Source: Pseudomonadota bacterium (GTDB lineage Bacteria > Bdellovibrionota_B > Oligoflexia > Oligoflexales > RGVZ01). Taken from it: 14,227 bases of DNA. The notes beneath the pieces are model-generated. The model ran no database searches. It was not told where the DNA came from and saw nothing but the letters and a program-made list of their open reading frames with translations. The translations under genes were made by a program, and so were the position numbers. The stretch spans positions 1 through 14,227 of the forward strand of contig JBEGVZ010000129.1 of the NCBI GenBank assembly GCA_041178085.1, in the 5' to 3' direction. Shown piece by piece: positions 7,742 to 14,227 of the stretch (positions are counted from its first letter, which is position 1; the number at the start of each line of letters is the position of its first letter).

Positions 7742-8634
7742 AGCGACATTCCAAGGCTGAACCCCACCGTCGAAGCAAAGGCATCGTGGATGCGGGTTTG
7801 ACCCAGCCCCACGCCAATGTGCCACCGCGAAAGGTTCAAAATGGCCTGCACGTTGCCGCGTACGGCCAGTCCGAATCCGTTGTTTAGTTTGTTCTGGTAC
7901 CCTGACTCAGCATTAAGGTCCCGGTCCCCGATAACTCCCGCCACGTAACCAAAGCCCCCCGCAACTTCGGGGCGTATCGAAACTGTGCTGTCACTGAAGA
8001 GTGTATAGCCGATCCCAGCAACACCACCGACGATGTTTGCCGCCAATGGTTGAACATCCACGCCCAATGACTCTTGTCCCAGGTAATCACGGCTGACAAT
8101 TGAACGCGCTACTTCGCCCTGCATGCTGGAAAAAAATCCACGACTGACCAGTTCGATGTCCATCCATGAACGGATGATCCAGGCACCTGAGACTTCGTAA
8201 CCGCTTGCTCCCGGACCAATGGCATAGCTGGCAGAGCCAAGAGAGGCTTCCACCATGTTGTCGCCCTTGTCTTTTTGAGGCGTGTACATTTGTTCGATGC
8301 TGAGCGGGTCGGTGACGTTAGTTAGAAGTGCCACGCGTTCACTGCCCCCGATGCGTGCGTAAGCCGTCTCGATCTGGACAACCCTGCGGGAGCCCGACAT
8401 GCGTTGGACCTTGCCCCATGCGACAAGACGATCGTTGCTTCCAAACAATCCAACCCGGTCGCCTGTGATTAATTCACGGGAGTTGACGATGCACTGTTTT
8501 TTGTCGCTGCTGCAACTCTCAACCTTCGCGGCAAATGCGCCAGAAGTCGATAAAGTGCTGGCGGTCATTGCGCAAGCAAGCAGCAAGCGACGTGATAATC
8601 TTCGATTTCTTTGGCCTGTCTTTGTTCCCAGCAT
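7738..8634 (-). CDS. Putative outer-membrane protein: small N-terminal beta domain plus C-terminal ~8-strand beta-barrel
   Basis: ATG 8634 has GGAG 8 nt upstream (better than the track start at 8664). The signal peptide ends AFA|A. The C-terminal half has alternating Gly/aromatic amphipathic strands (YEVSGAW, GVAGIGY, PEVAGGFGY, WHIGVGL, TVGFSLG). Confidence 0.65.
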   Translation of the reverse strand: MLGTKTGQRNRRLSRRLLLACAMTASTLSTSGAFAAKVESCSSDKKQCIVNSRELITGDRVGLFGSNDRLVAWGKVQRMSGSRRVVQIETAYARIGGSERVALLTNVTDPLSIEQMYTPQKDKGDNMVEASLGSASYAIGPGASGYEVSGAWIIRSWMDIELVSRGFFSSMQGEVARSIVSRDYLGQESLGVDVQPLAANIVGGVAGIGYTLFSDSTVSIRPEVAGGFGYVAGVIGDRDLNAESGYQNKLNNGFGLAVRGNVQAILNLSRWHIGVGLGQTRIHDAFASTVGFSLGMSL

Positions 8635-8763
8635 GGCTGAAACTCCACAAAAAACCGGGTCCACCCGGGCTTCTGATGCAAGGATCAGGCCGCGACTTCA
8701 GGGTTATTTTTTATTGAAATTCAGCGGGTTACGGGCGAGTTTTAAATGGCGACTGTCAATGGT

Positions 8764-8780
8764 TTGGCCAATGATATGCC
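8764..8780 (+). promoter_or_regulatory. Possible sigma54 (-24/-12) promoter upstream of the 8821 gene
   Basis: TTGGCCAATGATATGCC has correct GG-N10-GC spacing (GG 8766-8767, GC 8778-8779) and a partial match to TGGCAC-N5-TTGC. An A/T tract lies about 50 nt upstream. Confidence 0.3.
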
Positions 8781-8820
8781 TTGTGTGTTAGCCTCCCGGA
8801 ACCAAAAATAAGCGGAGTTG

Positions 8821-9267
8821 ATGCTGTTGGAACACGAATCTTCCCTTGCTGAAAGCCAGGAAACAACAGAACCGGTGCGATCAGGTCGCACGAAAATCAT
8901 TCGCATCGCGGCTGTGGTTCTAGTGGTTGGGGTGGGAGCGGCGATTGCCTCGCGTTATTTTTCTCTCAGTTCCCAGGACTCATCAAATCCTGGCGAACCC
9001 GGTGATGAGTTTCTCGTGGACAGTTTCGAAGAAGGGATTTTCCGGCAACTTGAGCAGGGGGACTATCCGCAGATCATCGTCGAAGACCAGGAAGGCAAGA
9101 TGAATGCCTATGGTTGTTCCGATGGATGCCCGCCTCTTGACCAGGACCCTGAAGCTTACTTGAATCGCAGTGTCCGCGTGTACCTGCGTAACCAGACCAC
9201 ACCGGGGAATGAGGATGCCCCGGAAAACGGGGTCAAGGTTGTGGTTCGCGTGGAGTTGTTGCCCTGA
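8821..9267 (+). CDS. Hypothetical single-pass membrane protein with an acidic periplasmic domain
   Basis: One hydrophobic segment (IIRIAAVVLVVGVGAAIA) preceded by basic residues, then an acidic domain with EQGDY and CxxxC. The exact start is ambiguous (TTG 8818, ATG 8821 or TTG 8827 after GGAG 8814-8817). Confidence 0.7.
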   Translation: MLLEHESSLAESQETTEPVRSGRTKIIRIAAVVLVVGVGAAIASRYFSLSSQDSSNPGEPGDEFLVDSFEEGIFRQLEQGDYPQIIVEDQEGKMNAYGCSDGCPPLDQDPEAYLNRSVRVYLRNQTTPGNEDAPENGVKVVVRVELLP

Positions 9268-9742
9268 TCACTTCGTCCAGCTCGACGGCCTTCACTTCCA
9301 ATGCGGCAACCCCCTGATAAACTTGCCATGCTTTTAACCAGGCAAGGCGCTGCCGCTCGACTGGCATCCGGCCGAGCCATTCCGGCAGGGTAGCAAACCG
9401 GATGGCATTACCCGCGGAGGGTGTGGCGGCCTGCAAGGCGCTTGCCGGGATCAGTCGGTAAGGTGCGCGCGGTGGCTGGACGACATAAAGTGTGGCTGGC
9501 CCTTCCGGCAGCTGAACCACTTCCTGGAAACTTTGTGACACATCGTAACCCGCCTTCACCAGGCTGACGCCAAGACGTCCTGCAATGGACTCCATGATTT
9601 GCGGGATCACTGGTTGGAGTGGCGTGACCTCAAGGCGCAATCCTGCCCAAGGACCCGGATCAGACGGAAAAAGCCATAATCCTGAACCGGAATCCAGCGG
9701 AACAAGCACAACGGCATGAGGTGTCGGGCAATGAATGATCAT
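9233..9742 (-). CDS. Hypothetical protein (169 aa) immediately downstream of mglA, possibly a degenerate Nudix fold
   Basis: ATG 9742 lies 7 nt after the mglA stop, with AGGA overlapping that stop (TAGGAAAACCATG). The track's extra 31 aa overlap mglA and are unlikely. The 3' end overlaps the convergent plus-strand gene by 35 nt. Confidence 0.65.
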   Translation of the reverse strand: MIIHCPTPHAVVLVPLDSGSGLWLFPSDPGPWAGLRLEVTPLQPVIPQIMESIAGRLGVSLVKAGYDVSQSFQEVVQLPEGPATLYVVQPPRAPYRLIPASALQAATPSAGNAIRFATLPEWLGRMPVERQRLAWLKAWQVYQGVAALEVKAVELDEVIRATTPREPQP

Positions 9743-9749
9743 GGTTTTC

Positions 9750-10331
9750 CTAGACGGAAAGTGTGCTGACGATTTGTTTGGCCACCGATTGCAAGGTTTC
9801 GAGCGTGCCAATGGAGCGGGTGGCAATCGCCTCATGATCGGGAAAACCAGCCGGGTTTAGTTCCTCCCGCAGGATATCAACTGGAACCAGCTGCTCAAGA
9901 TCCCGCTTGTTGTACTGGATGACGCGCGGCAGGTCTGTGAAGTTGTAGCCATGGTCTGTAAGCAGGTGTCTTGCCTGTGTGAGTGAATCCAGATTGTCAG
10001 CCATGGATTCCATCCGGGAATCCGCCACAAACACGAAAGCATCCAAGCCTTTCAATATGGTGTGGGTCAGCGTTTCGTAAAGTGGGTGAGCCGGTATCGT
10101 ATAAAGATGGAGCTTCACGTGGTGATTTTTGACTGTCCCCAGACTTACCGGAAGAAAGTCAAAGAAGGGGGTAGGCCCGGTGGCTCCGGACATATCCATC
10201 ATCCCGCTTTTGAGTTCACTGGATGTACTGGAATAAATCGATTTCAAGTTCAGCGTCTTGCCTGAACCCCCGGGGCCAAAATAGACCACTTTGCAGTGGA
10301 TCTCGCGTGTCTCAAAGTTGGTGAAAGCCAT
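9750..10331 (-). CDS. mglA: MglA-family small Ras-like GTPase with substituted catalytic residues
   Basis: MAFTNFETREIHCKVVYFGPGGSGKT, FFDFLP, LYTIP, FVADS and QYNKRDL motifs are colinear with M. xanthus MglA ([27 protein letters not shown]..., recalled from memory). Confidence 0.92.
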   Translation of the reverse strand: MAFTNFETREIHCKVVYFGPGGSGKTLNLKSIYSSTSSELKSGMMDMSGATGPTPFFDFLPVSLGTVKNHHVKLHLYTIPAHPLYETLTHTILKGLDAFVFVADSRMESMADNLDSLTQARHLLTDHGYNFTDLPRVIQYNKRDLEQLVPVDILREELNPAGFPDHEAIATRSIGTLETLQSVAKQIVSTLSV

Positions 10332-10368
10332 GCTGTCCCGGGACGTGTTTGATTGTCAGAAGCGTCGC

Positions 10369-12084
10369 TTAGTCGACATTCTTGATACTGACATTTTCCA
10401 CTTTTCCGGCAAAAACATCCAGAAAGTCCCGCGTCGTCTGGTGATTGATGGCAGCCTGACGCATGGATTCGTGGCGGGCGCGGGTTTCGCGCTCGGTCTT
10501 TTGCGCAAGGGACTCCTGTGGAGTGACCTCAGAAGCTGTTCCGGACTTTTCAATCGCGATACGCCCCTTGAAGCCAAACAACTCCGCAAAAGCTTGCTGC
10601 AGCTTCTGTTGCTCGTCCTTTTGAAGCAGGCAGCGGGCGAATGAAGTTTCCGCAACCTGCAGCGAGATCAAGTCGGGCCCGTAATGGACCGGATTGGCGT
10701 CCTCAAGTTTGCCGGCCTGGAGCGGACGGTGTTGGCGCCAGTGGGCAACGAGTTCGCTCCATGTCGCCGGAAATGATGGCGGCAGTGCGCTGGCAGCCGG
10801 AGCCCTTGCTGGAGCGCTTGCTTGCACCGGTGGTGCGGTCAGGGGCTGGGGTGCAGGCCCGGCTGTGACTGCCGGCTTCAAATCGGGTTTCAATTCTGTC
10901 TTTAGCGGCGTGGCACTCGCCTTTGACACTAGCTGATCGAGGTCAGGCAGGCCCGGATCGAGGCACCATTCAAGCGTGTAGTTTTCCAGGATGCAGCGGT
11001 CAAGCGGGCTGCCGTCCAGGTCACTCCGGCAACGGACAAGAGTCCGGAAAATGCGGTTCAAGTCAAAGTCAGCGGCTTTTCGGGCCAGGTCAGCAAGGGT
11101 CGAAACTTCCGAGGAATCAAGGTCCAGCTGCGACGGATCAAGTGAGTCGACGCCAAGGTCGCGGATGACAAAGGCATGTCGCGCAAGCTGGGCAACATCC
11201 TCAACCACGGTCAAAAGATCAGTGCCAGTCTGCTCAACTCGTGCGATCACGCTGGCGCATTCTTTTGCGTCCTTGACCACCATCGCATTCAGGAGCGCCA
11301 TCACCAGTTCGCGAGGTGCCTGGGCGGTCAGACTTTCGCAAAGGGCGGCCGTGACCGTGCCGTTGCCGATGGCAATGGCCTGATCAAGTAGCGTCAGAGC
11401 GTCGCGCATCGATCCGCGGGCTTCGCGGCACACGGGACGCAGGGCGCCTGGCTCAAAAGGAATCGACTCCCGCCGGAGGATCTCCTCCAGGCGCGCAATG
11501 ACTGTTTTAGGCGGAATCTTTTGGAGCAGGAAAACCTGGCAGCGCGACAGGATCGTCTGCGGAATTTTCTGCAGTTCCGTCGTCGCAAACAGGAACACCA
11601 CATGGGCTGGGGGCTCTTCGAGGGTCTTCAACAAGGCGTTGAATGCGCTCTGGGACAGCATGTGGACTTCGTCGATCAGGTAAATCTTGAACTTGGAGCG
11701 CTGGGGCACATAAGCGATCGAATCGCGCAGCAGGCGGACATCATCCACGCTGGTATTGGATGCACCATCGATCTCGAGCACGTCCTCGTGGTTGCCGGCC
11801 GTGATTGCAAGGCAGCTGGCACATTGCCCACATGGGGCGGGGGTGGGGCCATTGTCGCAATTGAGTGCCTTCGCATAAAGACGCGCGGTTGTGGTTTTTC
11901 CGACACCACGCACCCCGGAAAAAATCACGGCCTGGGGCAGACGGGCCATTTTGATGGCATTGGCTAGAGCCGTTGCGGTCGTGTCTTGTCCAACCAGTTC
12001 CGAAAACGTCTGGGGGCGGTACTTGCGGGCAAGAGGCTGATGGGGCGCCTGGGGGCTCGTTTGTTGGATCGATGGATTGGTCAT
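10369..12084 (-). CDS. dnaX: DNA polymerase III subunit gamma/tau
   Basis: LARKYRPQTF, GVRGVGKTT Walker A, LNC...PCGQCASC Zn module, EIDGASN, IDEVHML, NALLKTLEEPP, TILSRCQ, GSMRDALTLLDQ, a Pro/Ala-rich linker and a C-terminal tau domain. Confidence 0.97.
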   Translation of the reverse strand: MTNPSIQQTSPQAPHQPLARKYRPQTFSELVGQDTTATALANAIKMARLPQAVIFSGVRGVGKTTTARLYAKALNCDNGPTPAPCGQCASCLAITAGNHEDVLEIDGASNTSVDDVRLLRDSIAYVPQRSKFKIYLIDEVHMLSQSAFNALLKTLEEPPAHVVFLFATTELQKIPQTILSRCQVFLLQKIPPKTVIARLEEILRRESIPFEPGALRPVCREARGSMRDALTLLDQAIAIGNGTVTAALCESLTAQAPRELVMALLNAMVVKDAKECASVIARVEQTGTDLLTVVEDVAQLARHAFVIRDLGVDSLDPSQLDLDSSEVSTLADLARKAADFDLNRIFRTLVRCRSDLDGSPLDRCILENYTLEWCLDPGLPDLDQLVSKASATPLKTELKPDLKPAVTAGPAPQPLTAPPVQASAPARAPAASALPPSFPATWSELVAHWRQHRPLQAGKLEDANPVHYGPDLISLQVAETSFARCLLQKDEQQKLQQAFAELFGFKGRIAIEKSGTASEVTPQESLAQKTERETRARHESMRQAAINHQTTRDFLDVFAGKVENVSIKNVD

Positions 12085-12132
12085 TAATCCCGATTGCCTT
12101 GAAACGCCCGGTTTGCCAAGAGAAAAAGCAAA

Positions 12133-12254
<122 letters not shown>

Positions 12255-12534
12255 ATCCGGGGGAGTACTATGAAAACGGCCCTGCTGGCAAGGCTGACCC
12301 TTGCAAGCAAGTTCTGGGGAGGATGATTTACTCCGGGAACCGGGCCTGAAATTCGTTGAGTCCGGCCCCAGTCGCCTTGCGGGAAACGTCCTGAACCGGT
12401 CACAGAACTAAGTATTTATGTCTGGTTCGAGCAGGTTTCGCACTCTTCTAGCGCCAGGGATCACCCGCGGCGGAACTTTGACCGTCGCTCACTAAAATTT
12501 GGTTTTAAAAGGCGGACTTGGTTCAGGGATTGAT

Positions 12535-12574
12535 AAAAAAAAGGGGTGCTTCAAGAAGCACCCCTTTTGTTTTG
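12535..12574 (-). terminator. Intrinsic terminator of secDF, likely bidirectional
   Basis: Perfect inverted repeat AAAAGGGGTGCTTC-AA-GAAGCACCCCTTTT (12539-12568). The GC stem is followed by T8 on the minus strand and by TTTTGTTTT on the plus strand. Confidence 0.9.
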
Positions 12575-12592
12575 TATCGACTCGCCCCAGGA

Positions 12593-14227
12593 TCAAGACG
12601 CGGTGTTAGCCTGCAAGGGCGCATCCGACTTCTTCCAGCCCTCAAACCACACCACGCACATGGTCGCCAGGAAGGTTGACGACCAGGTTGCGGCAACCAC
12701 ACCGACTGCCATTGCCATGGCAAAGTTCCAGATGCTGCCAGTGGCAAAGAAGATGATGCCGAGCAGTGACAGCAGCGTACACACAGACGTGTTGATGGAT
12801 CGCCCGAGTGTTTCGTTGATGGCGTTGTTGACGTTCTCACGAAGTGGTTTACGGGGGTGCATTTCAAGGTTTTCCCGGATCCGGTCATAGATCACGACCG
12901 TGTCATTGACCGTGTAACCCGCAACCGTCAACAGAGCTGCAATGGACGTCAGGTCGAAGGAACGTTGCGCCAGGACGTAAAATCCAAGGGTCAGGAGGAT
13001 GTCCATCACCATCTTGACGACAGATCCCGGAGCAAACCGAATGTCGAACCTGAGCATGATGTAGAGCACGATCCCGATCAGTGCATAGAGCAGGGACACC
13101 GCTCCTTGGGTGCGCAGCTCCTTGCCGACCTGAGGTCCAACATAGTCTACACGCAAGATTTCTGGCGAGGCCGCGGCCAAGTCTGAAGCAAGGTTGGCCT
13201 TGAACTTGTCGGTCCTTGAGTCAACGGAGATCGTTCTTTCCTTTGCCATGACGTCGCCCGTTGCAGCTTTCTTTTCGTCACGGTCAAAACGGAGCAGGTA
13301 TTGCTGGGAACCGCCTCCGAGAGCCTGGACAGTGACGTCACTGATCCCGGCCTTGGTTGCTGCCTGTTCCAGCTGGGTCGACGTGACCGCCTGGCTGAAC
13401 TTCACCTCCAGCTCGGTTCCGCCGGCGAAATCAACCGCCCAGTTCATGCCTTTCGTTGCAAGTGCGCCCAGTGAGATGAGCACAATCAATATCGGCACGG
13501 CGATCGCCACCGGTGCCTTGCCAAGGAAATTGAATTTGAGTGGCTTGTGCTCCTTGGAAGTAACGGATCCACCCAGCCACAAGCGGGTGTCCTGCTCGGT
13601 TGTGCAGCGTGATACGATCCAGTCAAACATCAGGCGTGAGCAGTAGAGTGAAGTGAAAAGCGATACGAGGAGGCCAAGCAGCAAGGTGATGGCAAAGCCC
13701 CGGATGGGACCTGATGAGTTCGTTTGCAGCAGAACTGTGGCTGCGATCAACGAGGTTGCGTTGGAGTCTACGATCGTCCAGAAAACGCGCTGGAATCCAG
13801 TTTCCAGTGCCCTGCGTCCGGTTTTTCCTTCACGGAGCTCTTGGCGGATGCGCTCGTTGATCAGGACGTTCGCGTCAACGGCCATGCCAAGGGTCAGGAT
13901 GAAGCCTGCGATGCCTGGTAGTGACAACGAGAAGTTGAACATGGCCATCAGTGCGAGCAGAAAGATGCCGTTTAGCAGCAGCGCGAGTGAGGCGATCAAG
14001 CCTGGCCGACGGTAATAAAATATGATGAACGCGAATACAAATATCAGCCCCACAGCCGTTGCCCTGAGGCCCTGACTTGCCAGCTCAGGCCCGAGGCTTG
14101 CACCGACTTGTCGTTCCTCAAGCACCTTGATGGTGGCGGGCAGGGCGCCCGATTTAAGGATGATCGACAGCTGGTTGGCTTCCTCGATGATCTTGTCGTA
14201 GGCAAGGCCGCTGCCCAGGGTGATCTG
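12593..14227 (-). CDS. secDF: Fused protein translocase subunit SecDF (partial; N-terminus outside the window)
   Basis: The frame is open to the window edge (QITLGSG...LSIILKSGALPATIKVLEERQVGASLG). SecD motifs (GMAVDANVLINERIRQE, IVDSNATS) are followed in the same ORF by SecF motifs (VDFAGGT, VGPQVGKEL, GYTVNDTVVIYDRIRE, RSINTS). Confidence 0.96.
   Translation of the reverse strand, partial: QITLGSGLAYDKIIEEANQLSIILKSGALPATIKVLEERQVGASLGPELASQGLRATAVGLIFVFAFIIFYYRRPGLIASLALLLNGIFLLALMAMFNFSLSLPGIAGFILTLGMAVDANVLINERIRQELREGKTGRRALETGFQRVFWTIVDSNATSLIAATVLLQTNSSGPIRGFAITLLLGLLVSLFTSLYCSRLMFDWIVSRCTTEQDTRLWLGGSVTSKEHKPLKFNFLGKAPVAIAVPILIVLISLGALATKGMNWAVDFAGGTELEVKFSQAVTSTQLEQAATKAGISDVTVQALGGGSQQYLLRFDRDEKKAATGDVMAKERTISVDSRTDKFKANLASDLAAASPEILRVDYVGPQVGKELRTQGAVSLLYALIGIVLYIMLRFDIRFAPGSVVKMVMDILLTLGFYVLAQRSFDLTSIAALLTVAGYTVNDTVVIYDRIRENLEMHPRKPLRENVNNAINETLGRSINTSVCTLLSLLGIIFFATGSIWNFAMAMAVGVVAATWSSTFLATMCVVWFEGWKKSDAPLQANTAS

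Noticed and set aside
10369..12084. Programmed frameshift or slippage site producing the gamma subunit in dnaX
   Set aside because: No A-AAA-AAG heptamer or long homopolymer run was seen in the linker region.
12270..12326. Plus-strand 18-aa ORF MKTALLARLTLASKFWGG after GGGGGAG, followed by an overlapping 8-aa ORF
   Set aside because: SD spacing is short and it overlaps the expected ffs promoter region on the other strand. There is no independent support; it would need Ribo-seq.
12421..12436. GGTTCGA, resembling a tRNA T-loop (tRNA genes often lie near ffs-dnaX)
   Set aside because: No 5-bp T-stem, acceptor stem, D-arm or anticodon arm could be built on either strand.
12593..14227. SecD-SecF fusion as a novelty
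   Set aside because: Fused SecDF is common and well described in many bacterial lineages.

Overview
Mostly housekeeping bacterial DNA. An MglA-family gene next to dnaX and many small exported orphan proteins suggest a Bdellovibrionota/Oligoflexia-like or related delta-proteobacterial genome (inference). From the right end, the minus strand carries a partial fused secDF with a strong terminator, a ~280-bp intergenic stretch with pairing potential, SRP RNA (ffs), dnaX, an MglA-family GTPase and a 169-aa hypothetical protein. The middle holds four exported or membrane orphan genes and lysC on the plus strand. Divergent from lysC is a tightly packed minus-strand run: truncated recQ, a PhnP/YycJ-like MBL hydrolase, ald, a Cys-rich lipoprotein, and then a partial GT-C glycosyltransferase missing from the ORF track. 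The most notable observation is the MglA homologue. It is colinear with Myxococcus MglA but has lost both catalytic residues (R53->P, Q82->H). It sits 37 nt after dnaX with no ybaB, recR or mglB, and is followed by a possible pseudo-Nudix gene. Also notable are a papain-like Cys-His candidate in the lipoprotein, a RecQ with no Zn-binding cysteines, and a 165-bp element with 13-bp terminal inverted repeats between two convergent genes. No CRISPR array, transposase, rRNA or convincing tRNA was seen.
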